Origin: Lingula anatina
Lineage: Eukaryota; Animalia; Brachiopoda
Assembly (NCBI GenBank): GCA_051362555.1
Contig: CM120643.1
Location: 8,928,001-8,992,000, forward strand
Length of the DNA: 64,000 nt
Reading direction: 5' to 3'
Notes under the pieces: generated by a model
Told to the model about the DNA's origin: nothing
Database searches by the model: none
The model's input: the letters and a program-made list of their open reading frames with translations, nothing else
Position numbers and translations under genes: made by a program
Part shown: piece by piece, positions 35,601-48,800 of the stretch
Position numbering within the stretch: position 1 is the stretch's first letter
Layout of the letters: the number at the start of each line of letters is the position of its first letter

Positions 35601-38600
35601 AACATTTAATCAATTGTTATTAGAAAGAAGAGCGCGATAAAGTGGCGTGGCGAGGAACAGATAAAGGTGTGATTAGAGGAACTGTTTGACCTTAAAAGAG
35701 TCGTTCCCGTCACCTTCAAGCTCTGCTCACGTGACGTGGAATATATTAACCCACTATTTTGACCTAGTCTGTCCTGATTCCCGATTGTGAGAACGCGTTA
35801 AATGTAAACAGCACAAACCTGCCTAAACAATGTTTTTATCGATCGATTGCCAATTCCCATCAATTTTGTTAAGAAAGAAGTCACCAGAATTGCATAACTG
35901 AAAACATGCATCAATATTTAGAATTTGTTATTATTTTGGGGTAATTGTTGCAAACCGCAAAGGTAATAAAATAAGCTATTTATCTTCTTAAAAAGTAATT
36001 TGAGGTTATTTACGACGCGACGTTTCACCCGCGCAATGTCACATTGTCGGTGCAATATCCGCATCAGCCCTGTCAGCTGAGGTCGTATTTGTTTACATTG
36101 ATTTTCATCCAACTATAGCGTAGACGTCACTCATTCTCCCAGCTAAGTTCGTGCATTTTTTTTGAAAGCGGCTAGATGCGTAAGATCGCGTTTGCTGTTA
36201 AGATGAAACTTATTAACATTTTCAGAAGAATTTAACATTGATTCACCTGCATGAATTCCTGAATGGCTTGAAAATTCAAAAGGCAACAATGCGAAAATAA
36301 ATCTTCAAGTGACGCGTTAATAATGCAGTTCCGCATTATGCGCCGATGTAAGACTTTTCCCAGCAACGATTAACATCATTAACACCTACAATTATGCTAC
36401 CCGGTAAAATACTTTTCAAATGCTAGAAATTATTCATTCCAAGAAAATGAGGACGTTTTGGTCGTCACGTTTGACTTTTTTGTCATTAACTCGGTGAACA
36501 TTGAGTGATTTGGCTAAGTCGAAGAAAAGAGAACGCTACTGCTACCCTAGACCACGTTAATACTTACAACAGTCCTACTGCTGCATGCTGCGTTGTCTTT
36601 CTGGCCAAAGCAAAAGAAATGTGGATATATACATGCAGATAACTTTAATCTAACCAAAAATAACACTAGACGGAATGTGATTGGAGGAATAAGAATTTCA
36701 GGGCGGGATTTATGATAATTATCCCTTGTTTGCCAGGTTTTTCTCTGGACTACGTGATTTTTGTAGCGTAGTCTATGGCGGATCTAGTAAATGTGCCTGG
36801 ATGATCATTTGAATAGCTGGCTCTTGCTTCTATATTCCCCTGTGTTGCGTTCACATAGAGATTGAACTGTATTCGCAATGTTATTTTTATAACTAAGAAA
36901 TCTTCAAAATTTTCCTTGCGATTGTAAACATAAATGTTTTATAAGCGATGGATTTATCTAGACTACCAGGAAAGGAATTTTGATGCGCGCTTGACAGTTA
37001 ATTGATGCTTTCTTTTCTTGGTTAGGTTATTTTAGATATTACACATTAAAAAAAAAAACATCGATAAAAATGAAATTGCCTCACCTTTGTAGTTTGAAGT
37101 AAATATCAATTTTTAAACAGACTTAAAATGTAGAAAATTATACTTAGTTCAAAGCTAAGCAGATTTGCATTTTTGCTCTTGATTCAAGTAAGAAAACATT
37201 CTGTGAAGACGCACGAAAAGACTGCGAGAGGCGACACTCCAAACTGGACACCGAATCTCTCTACGATCTCTCGCACAGCGTCAGAAACTCAAACGCACCT
37301 CATCGTTTTTGGTTTCTATCCGATTTACTCTTTTCGTTACCAAGAAGACAGATGATACATTTTTGGCGGTATAAATATAGGTATGACAGCATCAGTTAGA
37401 ACAATTAAAGATTAATAAGCCTACCAGCTGCCACCATCACGAGTTTCACTATAAGGAAATGGAGACCCATAACACAGTCAAGTTTCAGTCAAGTTTTGGG
37501 TTATTGGAAATAGTGTTAGTAGGCCAATAATAAACGTAGAGAAGCAGGGGTTGGGGGTGGTGATCCTCTCTTTCATATTTATAATCTTATTTTGTAAATA
37601 AAAAACGAATAAATATGAATAAGAATTGCCAACCCAGCCCACCACCTTATGAGAAAATAAACACTGAGACCAACAGAATAATGTTTCTTGTGTTGTATTT
37701 TATGCTACAACTTTGTGTGGGTGGGAGAAGAGGGTTGTGAAAGGGCGGCTGAACCTTTCAGCTTCTCCCCTTTTCTTGATCTCTTTGGTCTGTTAAAGAA
37801 ATGAGCTCCGAAATACAAGGATATAGGGCCTATGGACTTATGCCAATATGAATATTTCAGCAGTTCACGCATTCACTAGCTAGTGTAACCATATGTGCTT
37901 ATCCTTGCGGTTCCAAGTTTTGATTCAGAACACGCATCAGTTAAAATGATAATAGGCAACTAATCATAAGTAGGTATGAGAGTACTAAAAGGGAAACGTA
38001 TCTTTTTAATTCAATGTGGTTAGCCAAGTTGTCGGTCAATCCAGAGAACACAGTGACGTAAACTGACATCACGTGACTGCGATCTACCCTTGGGAAGCTC
38101 AATAACCTTCATCGCGGTAGTCGTTCTTTTTGTGAACGGGGCCAGGCATGGTGCGCTTGGGAGGTTTCCGATGGTCGTCAAGTGGCGTAAGTAATATCGT
38201 TTAAAATGTAACGCATCTGGGTTTAAGGTCGATTTCGTACCAAATAAAATGGCATGAAGTTTGTGATGATTTTGAAGGAGAGGTTATCCCGTGGAAATAG
38301 GAAAATACACATTTTATGGTGCTAAACTCTTTTACAGATAACCCATTTTCACAGTGTTAGACTTGCTTTGGGTTGGAATAGTTACGTAGTAAAAGAGCAG
38401 AGCACACTGCGTGACTTTTAGCATGCAAATGTACCCAGTGTAGGACTATTGCTTTTGAACAGGATCACTGAGAGACCCACGCCACCGATAATTGGCTTCG
38501 ATTCATTACCCCGTATATATATCTCCACCTTTACTTTAATCTACGCATTTGTAATAGAAAATATGCTTTTGTTTGCTTAATATATGACCTCCTAGTGTAA

Positions 38601-39148
38601 CTGTAAAATATCAATCTGTTCAATGATGCTGGAAACCCCTCTTCTTGGAACTGGCTATTTTGATCAATCCGATAATGGGGACTTAACCCGAGTTGACCGC
38701 AGCAGATGTTAGCGGCACGTAGATACCGATAGTAAGCGTATGACGCGTAGGTTGTACTTTTAGCAGTGAATGTTGATAAGCTAGTTTTGCCGCTGGTATA
38801 TAAAGGTGTATATATAAGGAACAAGATAGGTGGTGATTGCGTAACGTTTTATTTTACACGCTTTTAATTTAGGTTAACTTGGGCTGTCATTAGTAATTCG
38901 ACACCTTTTCTTGGGCTGATTTGTCGAATTAACGTTAAAGGAAAATGTGTACTTTCTGTTTCAGTTTCCAAGCGATATAATACTAGGCACCTTTTTTACC
39001 TTTCAATAGTTGTTAAACCTATACCTGATGAAGTGATTGGAAATGATAACAGCAATGCATAAGACTTCAGGTGCCCTCAACCATAAGGAAAAGCGTCAAA
39101 ATGTAATTTATTGGAAATTTTGATGACATCAAATGTATGTTTCTACAC

Positions 39149-39207
<59 letters not shown>

Positions 39208-40061
39208 AATAAATAAATAAAAATAAAAAATATAAAAAATCGATGGATAAACAAACAGATATATTAAAGTAATTATATACTGATAAAAGTACTGGGCCTA
39301 GAACTGTTACATAAACTAACGCATAATATAACATTGTACGTCTGTTAATTGTCACTATTTCTACATTTAAAAAGAACATTTTACGGATGCTAGTATGCGT
39401 AGGCCAGAGGTAAAACAGCCAATTTATTTATTATTTTTTAAAAGACTGTAATACTGATCGGCTTATCTTGAATAACCTTGAACCCCAGCGCTCGTGTGAC
39501 CGACCTCATATTGAAATTTTGAAGCGTGTTTCCTTTGAGTCGACTTAGCGACTGGCAGTGCTTAGTCAGTGTTTGAAGGTAGTGTATTTTGTTTCAGTTG
39601 CTGTGACTCATATAATTACTGAGTCATCAATCCCTATTATCGTGTTACGTGACATGTTTGTTGTAAGTCTTTAAATGCTTAACTTTAATAAGCAGGCAGT
39701 AAGCAACATATGCCTTGCAGTTACTGAGCATCGTCTCTTTTTTTTTATGATGCAATTTTAATGAATGAAAATCGGGACATCTCCATAAACAGTCAGAACT
39801 TTTTCAAACTTGAACTAGCCTTGCAATGTTGACAAAATTGTACTTTCTGTGCATTTTTTAAAATCAGATTTGAATCTTTCTGTTCTCTAATGTCGCTGAC
39901 ATAGGTGTATAAATTCATTTTTAAGGAATTTCATCAACTATGTTGGAGACATTTAATAATTCACAATGAAGCCCTTTGAGTAATGTCACGTAATGTCTTT
40001 GTATGTAGATCATTTGCAATGTTATTCTACACTATCCCTTTTTTTCTATTGCGTAGTGTAA

Positions 40062-41050
40062 GGCCACACTTTTTTATTTTTATGGATGACATCCTCTGGG
40101 TACCCCAAAATCGGTGCGAGAGGGCGAAAAAAAAAAAAAAACGGTCCAAAAAAAAAAAAAAAATACTGCTTAAGTAAAGGAATGCTGTCAGTACACAGCT
40201 GGAAACACAAATTTTACCACAGAAACACGTATCAAACTAACAATATGTCTTTATCCATGCTCTCAAAATATTAAAGCATTGTGAATACTTCGTAGAAATG
40301 TAATAAAAAAGTCATGAATAGATATACTTTTTATTACAAAATTTATTAAGGTTATTTCATGCATTTTGTTGGTATAGCAATCAATAAAACAAATATCAAA
40401 CAAACAGTGTGTCTTTATTCGTATTCTCAGAATATTAAAGCATTTTGAACACTTCACAGAAATGTTTAAAAAAATGGTGCAAAGATATGCTTAATACTAC
40501 CAAATCTATTAAAGGTCATTTCGGACGATGCCATTTTGTCTACTTCGACTCACACGGCCAAACTGTCAGGTGGCCTGTCCGACCTTCAGCCCACCAAATA
40601 CCTCGACGCCCTTGTCGACCCTTTTTTCTCTACAGAAAACCTGGTAGCCTATGTGCTGCTTTGTACAGAATGTCACTGAAATTTTTCGGGCGATAATCGC
40701 TGGCGGCCGCCAGCCTTTCGCACAATTGTAAAAAGGTGATATCTCCATGCCCAATATCAATGGCATACCAATCCAAAACGACGGCACCCGTTCTCTTTAT
40801 GACTTTAATTGTCGTGTAATTTGAAAGTTATCCTAGAGATGAATTTGACGGCAAAGCGGCCACATTTCCACGTGGCGATAATACGCATGCGCAGAAAGCT
40901 TATTTCCTGGCAAATTCAATAACGACGTTTGCGCCAACCGACTTCGTTGGGGGCTGGGGGGGGGGGGATTTTTTTTTTTTTTTTTTCGGAGAACGGGCGA
41001 AAATCGGTGCGCGCGCAGGATGTCATCCATAAAATTAAAAAAGTGTGGCC
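40062..41050. mobile_element. Non-autonomous PIF/Harbinger-type element, copy 2 (inverted relative to 26606-27705)
   Basis: Same TIRs and TAA flanks. The interior is the reverse complement of copy 1 with indels. Confidence 0.9.
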
Positions 41051-41504
41051 TAAAGTCTAAAGAGGTCAATGAAGTCTTGTTTGTTAATCAGAATTAAGAA
41101 GTTATGTGTAAGAATCCTTGAGTGAACATTAAATGATTGCATCTGGTTATTGTCATCTGAGTTGGATTTCCTCATGGCAATTTAAATGTAAAGATTTTTG
41201 ACCACTAATGTGGAAAGCTGTATTAACGCATTATCCACCCAAAAAGTTTACAACCGTGTCTGCATTACGAGTTTGTTCTTAATTTTTATTCTTTACCATA
41301 TGCAGCGGTTCCAGACATACACTGTTTTGGCAACAGCATTATTTACTTTTGTATAATTAACGTAATACTTTGAAATTGTACTTTCAAATGTTCAATGTTT
41401 CTGAAAACATTTGAACAATGACCTTTGCTTGGTGTTATAAGGCTGCATTAATTAAGTTTACCATGCATGGTGCCAAACTAAACATTTTTCTGCTTCATCC
41501 ACAG

Positions 41505-44500
41505 GTTCTAGATATGTGGCAGTTGCAAAGACCGGTGTTTTTTTCGAAACCTTTTCTTCGACATTGACAGCAACAAATACTTCCAAGGGCCGCATAGCTT
41601 CAGAAGGTGATTATAGTAAGTACAGCCATGTCCCATGCAAATTGAGTCTGCCACAATAATAACATGTGGGGTCTGACAAGAATGGAAAACTGCAAATTAA
41701 AAAGTTTGCTCAGCAGGTTGCATCTCAAAACATATCTGATTTATGGGTCTTTAAATAACTGATGAGAAAGAAAAAACAAGGGGATGGTTCGATAATGATA
41801 TTATGTTATGCTTGCCAAATAAATCTTTGTCCAGAAAGTCAAAATTTATCATCAAAATTATTCCTTCTAATTCATCATTACTCTCAAATTTAGACCTAAT
41901 TTAGATTTAGCATTTATAATGCTGCTCATGATTGAATTGGATTCTGGTAAATTTCACCTTTACGGGTAAAAATTACAAGTTAATTGCTTGAAAATTAGTT
42001 TATTGATGATAATTTTCTTGTGGAAAGACTACTGAAATTTTTATTGACAAATTACCACTAACATTTTTTCTGCTTTATAATGGTATAATGCATATTGTAT
42101 GATTGTAATTGAAAGTCAATTTAATTAAGGCAAGTCTGCTCTGTTTTCAACCTTACAATTTCAGGTTTTTATAATTTTATGTGGGGGTAAGAATTTTTTT
42201 TTTCTGATTTTCACATATTTGGAAAGCTAACTTCTTTGGAATGAAAATGTCAGGTTGTTTGGTTCCTAATCTGGTTATATGTATTTATGTAGAAAAACAA
42301 GGTTAGTGTGTGTCTTTTATCAGTCTTTTATTGAAAAAAATTGATAAGGAAAAAAGAAAAATATTTTGTAGGTGATTATATAGCACCAGAATTTACTTTT
42401 ATTTCTATGTCATGAAAACATGTAGATAGACCTTTTGACTTTTCTTAGAAGTTGTTTATGTATGCATTGGTCAATTTTGCTTAGCCTCTTTTTCAGGATT
42501 GCTGATGTCAATATTTCTTTTCTAATAGTACTGAATATGTAAATAAACATGGAAATGAGGCTAAGTGAGGCTCACTTAGCTTACATGAATAGAAAAAGAT
42601 AGGTCTATAAAGCAAAACAGTATAAAATGTAGATGTACTATGTTTACATACCTGTGGTCAGAATGCCAGCCTCTGGAACAGGAGGATGTGAGTTTGTCCC
42701 TTTCTGGGGACATGCAAGTTCTTCATAAGTGGTGCGTACTGTCTACATACTTGACACTCACCATTTGGGGGTTGAGATATTGGTAAAATGTGTGATCTAG
42801 CGGTGAAAGATACTGTTTGTGTGCTGGAGTTCAGTACTTCATGCAGCAGCTGGGCTGTTATATATATATTACATAATATATATATGTTATATGCAGATGT
42901 ACATATACATATATTACATATTTTATCTTCTCTATAGGGAGTGAAAAACATCTACACTCAGTCTGAATAGAGGGCTGAAAATAATCCCAGACATATCAGG
43001 GGCGGATGGAGGCCGTCTGGGTTGACAAAGACAGTCAGATTTTAAGGTTTACATTGATGGGGTTCTAATTTTTCTTTTGGAAGATGGTCGAAAATGGAGA
43101 ATGGATCAACAATGTTAATTTGGAAGACTGTTCAAAAATACCTCTGGATCCGCCCCTGCATACTGTCATCTTATTCTAATGTAATGATACTAATCCACAA
43201 TGAGTCACAGTGAGGTGTGGTGTATGAGAACCAGGTTTTTTTCTTTTTACTTCAATCTCATATGGTGTATTAATTAAGCCAAGGGTAGGATTGCGGTGGC
43301 ATTATATCATCTAAGCGTGTCTCATTTTGTATGGGAAAGGCAGGCCTGTGGTTTAAATATAGAACCTGTCTGTGGTTCATCTGGTGTTGACATTTATATG
43401 GGTAGCAAGGTTGTTAATTTAACCTACCTTTTATATGCAGGTACTCTTGATATCTTGCATGAATGCTTGTGATAGGAAAAATGAATAGTCTTACATTTTG
43501 TGTCATGACTCATTTCATTTGATATATGTTTATCTTTTTCAGGCCATTCTTTTTTTACTAAAAGAAAGAAGTAAAGGAAGTTGCTTCCCAAAAGAAGAAG
43601 ACGGACATTAATAAGGTAATTTTATTTATGTTAAGTTTATGAGGTACATGGAGCCATTTTATGCCTTGAAGGCCTATGCATATTAATTTGGAATTGTCAG
43701 CCTTTAAATGTATATACATGGGCTGCATACCTTGTATTAAAAATCTGCATTTATACTAATTTTTATAACATTTAAGGGATAACAACTCTTCATCTGAGAT
43801 TTCAAATTAAAAAATAAATACAATGTAAACAACACATAGAAATATGATAAATTCCATTTTACCAGTAAAATGGCGGTAATCACCAATGTTCTGAAATCAG
43901 TGCTTGCAATAAAAAAAAACACACTTAAAAAAAATCCACTGACTTTGAATGCAGGAACGGATTCATTAACCAATAGGAAGTATGGGAAAATTGTCCTTCA
44001 CACCAGGAAAATCTGGTTTATGGCGTGAAATAGAGAGTTGTCATCCTTTTAAGTTTGGCACCGAAATTAATCAAATTGGAGGGAATTGTAGATGATGTGT
44101 GGTTTTGGCACCAGTTTATTTAAAAACATAGCCATGGTATATGTACTTGGAGGAATAAACACACTTTCAGTGAGTCATCATATTGAGCACACATAGACAG
44201 TCATGAAAAAACATATAATGATACATTTCCATATCTTCCATAATTAAGTAAAGGACCTTAGGGATGAAATTGACTATAATGGGCTTATGTGCATGATCAA
44301 GGGGATTGGATTCCCCAATTTGACCAAATATTGGAAAATATTTGATATTATAAGATAAATAAATGATGTGCATGAAGATGTATGGTTACTCATCCTCTTA
44401 AATTATGGAAAGTAGGCTATGAAATGCACACCCACCAGTGCCATCAAATATACCTGTGATTCTGGCAACTTGTGATCTCAGCAAGATGTAAAAAAAAAAA

Positions 44501-45724
44501 AAAAAAAGCATGAAGAATTCATGCAAGCTTTTGGAATTAAGAGATATCTAACTAAACTTGACAAAAAGAAATGACATTTTTTAAAGAGCAAAGATTGTGC
44601 TTATTTAGTATACAACCATACTTGATTCAGTAAGGAAAGTGTTGATCTGGTAGATGACCGATGACTGAACTTTTCAAGTACATACACTGTAGCTCAATGC
44701 AGGTGTCCTGGTATGACATCTGAAATGAATGTTTAAATATGTAATAATGCCCTGTGATGTGAAAATTAACCGAGAAATATTAAGTCACACATGCCAAAGC
44801 ACTCTTTGTAAAAGTCGAGGTTAAGCTTGACAAAATTGTTTCAGTTGTTTAATGGGGCTGATTGTCTTTCAACAAGGTTGCTAGGCAAATTTAATCTTAA
44901 ATATGGCGTTTAAATGGGTATAGCAGCTAAAATTATTTTTCTTTTATTTGTTCATATTTTTAGGAGAGGGAAGCGAGAAATCCTCAGTGCGAGTAAATTT
45001 TAGCATTAAAAAAAAAAAAAAAAGCAAGATTTTTTCAGGGTCCCTAACCAGCACCACATTTTACAACCACTGAAAACAATGACCAGTAGTGCCTTCCATT
45101 CTCCTTAACCGAACTGTCTGACCTTAAAAACATTTTGCGACACAATCCACATTAACACTGTTTGCATGGTTAACCTTATGTGACAGTGAAGGTTACTTAT
45201 GGCTTGAAAACTCATCCCTGGGATGTAAATTCAGTAGTAAAAATCTAACATTTTTTCTTTCTTTTCAGATTGCTAACTGCAGAGCACCTGAGGCGTTTGT
45301 ATACAACCCAATCACTGGAAACACCCTTAACCTTAGAGTGTGGTTGATCAACACGGATCAAATTTCCTAGCAAGGTAACTATATCCTCTAGTAATTCTTA
45401 ACAGTATCTGAATTCTGCTCAATTCAATGCAACAAAATAACTTAATTTTGATTTCTTTTAATTTTTATCTTAGCAGCATAAAAACTAAGATGAATGAATT
45501 AAGTAATTTAATTAGTAGAGCAATTTAATTTAATTAGAATGTTAATGAAGTAACAGTTACTGTTTTGCTTATGTCCCTCAACCATAAAAATTGTATAATT
45601 TAACCTATGTATAAATTTATTCTAATTTTTTTTAAAATTAATATATGTTGAATATGTGGTCCTTTACTAAAATGTACCTTGGAAATTCCAAATTTCAGAC
45701 ATCAATATACGGGAAAAAGATGGC

Positions 45725-45772
<48 letters not shown>

Positions 45773-45864
45773 GTTTCAAGGCACATTTTGGCCAACAGTC
45801 ATATTTCAAATTTTAATTTGTTAAATGCAATGAAAATTTTCATTTCAGTTAAGCATTTTCCACC
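41505..45864 (+). other. Predicted spliced 5'UTR exons of the PNO gene
   Basis: Candidate AG/GT-bounded exons at 41505-41615, 43543-43615 and 45269-45374, with a final acceptor TTTTCATTTCAG ending at 45848. An in-frame TAA at 45850 precedes the CCACCATG start. Confidence 0.55.
42997..43158. mobile_element. MITE family A copy
   Basis: CAGGGGCGGAT...ATCCGCCCCTG with flanks CATAT and CATAC. Confidence 0.85.
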
Positions 45865-48800
45865 ATGTGGAAAGCAGTGACCAGTAAAGCGGTCCAGGCA
45901 CCACTAAGGTGCCGTGCGAGGGCCATCGATAAAGTCCTTTTACGTCAACCACACAGAACATGGCGACTGGCAACAGTAGAAGCAGTTCGTCCCATGGCTT
46001 CAAAGCCCGAGAAGAGCTCCGTGCGCACAATGCAAACTGTTTCACCCATGCCAAACTTGGTGGAGAACAATACCCGTGAACCTGTACCGAAGCCCAAAGC
46101 AGAGGCGGCCTATGCTGCCATGGATGGAAATGAAGCTGCCGCTTACATTGCATATGCCTTGAGTGACATTTCATTCATTTACCCAATCAGCCCTGCCACC
46201 TCAATGGGGGATCACATGGACAAGTGGTCCGCTGAGTCCAAGAAGAATATCTTCAACAGTGTTGTCGATGTGAACATGATGCAGTCGGAGGCTGGTGCAG
46301 CAGGTTCTCTTCATGGGGCTGTGGCAGGTGGTTGTTTGGCCAGCACATTTACAGCTTCCCAGGGGTTGCTTCTTATGGTTCCCAACATGTATCTCCTGGC
46401 TGGAGAGCTCATGCCTTGTGTGTTCCATGTTTCCGCTAGGACAGTGTCTAAGCATGCCCTTTCCATCTTCAACGATCACTCTGATGTCATGCATTGCAAA
46501 TCGACAGGCTTTGCCATGCTGGCATCGAGCTCTGTACAGGAGGTCATGGACATGGCTTTGGTGTCCCATGTCGCCTCATTAAAGTCAAGGATACCTTTTC
46601 TGCACTTCTTTGATGGATACAGAACTTCAGCAGAGGTGTCTAAAATTCAGCCTATACCACATGCTGACATTGCCAAAATTTTTCCCTATGAAGCACAGCA
46701 GAAACATCTGAAAGAATTTGCTCTCAATCCAAATGAGCCTAAGATCAGGGGTACAGGTCAGAGACCTGATATCTTTTTCCAGTCCACGGTGGCTGCCAAC
46801 AAGTATTATTTAGCTTGCCCAGGTATTGTACAGGAAACCATGGATGAGGTGTATGCTCTGACTGGACGCAAGTATGACCTGTTTGATTACCATGGATCCC
46901 CAACTGCAGACCGTGTGGCAGTAATATTAGGCTCAGCATCAAAGACACTCGAAGAAACAGTAGACTTCATGAACAGAAATGGTTCCAATGTTGGTGTGGT
47001 GGGGGTGCATCTTTATCGTCCTTTCTCAGATGAACACCTGTTGAATGCTATTCCCAAAACAGCCAGAAAGATTGCTGTCCTTGACAGGACCAGGGAAGAC
47101 GGGGCTTTAGCCCAGCCACTTTTCATGGATGTAAATGTAGCTTTCAGTAATGCCAATAGGCAAGCGTTGATCACTGGCGCCACATATGGGCTGGCCTCAA
47201 AGGAGTTCACACCAGAAATGGCTGTAGCTGTGTTTGATAACCTTAATGCAGAAAACCCCAAGATGCAGTATGTGATAGGTATAGAAGATGATGTGACGCA
47301 CACTTCCCTGCCCTATGGGGAACCCATTACCACTGTGCCCCCGGGAACCAAGCAGTGCATGTTCTGGGGTCTTGGATCGGATGGCACGGTTGGAGCCAAC
47401 AAAGAAGCCATCAAAACTATTGGCTTAAACACAAATCTGAAGACCCAGGGCCACTTTGTGTTTGACTCCCACAAAGCAGATGGTATCACAGTATCTCATG
47501 TGAGATTTGGCCCTGAGGAAATCAAGTCGGAGTACATCATTCAGTCTGATGCAGATTATGTCTCTTGCCATCACCCTTCCTATGTCGAGAAGTTCCATCA
47601 GATGTTAGATCCACTGAGCGAAGGTGGCACTTTTGTGCTGAATTCCCCATGGACAACAATGGAGCAGATGGAAGAAAACTTACCAGCTATATTCAAACAG
47701 AAGCTTGCAAAGAAGAAGGCCAAGTTTTACAACATTTCAGCAAACAAATTGGCACAGAGTCTTGGACTTGGAAAACGCATCAACATGATAATGCAGACAG
47801 CATTCTATGAGCTTTCTGGAGTCCTTGAAGTGGATGAGGCTATTGCTTTATTGAAGAAGTCCATTGAGAAAGCTTATGGCCACAAAGGTCCTAAAGTAGT
47901 GGAAAGCAATAAGAGTGCTGTGGATGCAGCAAGGCAGAGCCTGAAGAGAATTGACTATCCAGCATCGTGGGCCCAGGCCACTGAAGGAGGCAAGAGAGGA
48001 GAACATACAAAGGCTACAGAGTTTGTGGAAAACATCATGAACCCAGTGCTGGCTCTGGAAGGTGACAAACTCCCAGTCAGTGCCTTTGAGCCAGGTGGCC
48101 ATATGCCCATTGGTACAACTCAGTATGAGAAGAGAGGTATAGCCCCCCAGATCCCAGTGTGGAAGCCAGATGCCTGCACCCAGTGCAACTACTGTGCCAT
48201 AGTATGCCCGCATGCTGTTGTGCGCCCTTTCCTGCTTGACAAGCAGGAGACCAAGAATATCCCTCCCGGGTTTGAAGCCAGACGTGCCAAAGGAGGTTCT
48301 GAAGTGTCTGGTTACCATTACAGTATTCAAATCTCCCCCATGGATTGCACAGGCTGTGAGGTCTGCGTGGAGTCCTGTCCAGATGATGCTCTCTACATGG
48401 CACCTTTTGATGAAGTCCATGAGAAGTACCGTCCACACTGGGAGTATGCTGTCAGTCTTCCTGAAAAGGGAGAGATTGGAGACAAGTTCTCAGTCAAGGG
48501 CAGCCAGTTCCAGAAACCACTTATGGAGTTCTCTGGGGCATGTGCTGGCTGTGGTGAGACTCCCTATGTGAAGTTGGCCACACAGCTGTTTGGTGACCGT
48601 ATGGTGATTGCCAACTCCTCTGGCTGTTCATCTGTGTGGGGAGGCACTGCCACCACCATTCCGTTCACCACCAATAAGGATGGTCGTGGTCCTGCCTGGG
48701 GAAGGTCTTTATTTGAGGACACAGCAGAGTATGGCTTTGGCATGAAACTTGCAACCAAGAAACGACGTCGTGATTTGAGAAACAAAATGCTCGTAGCCAT

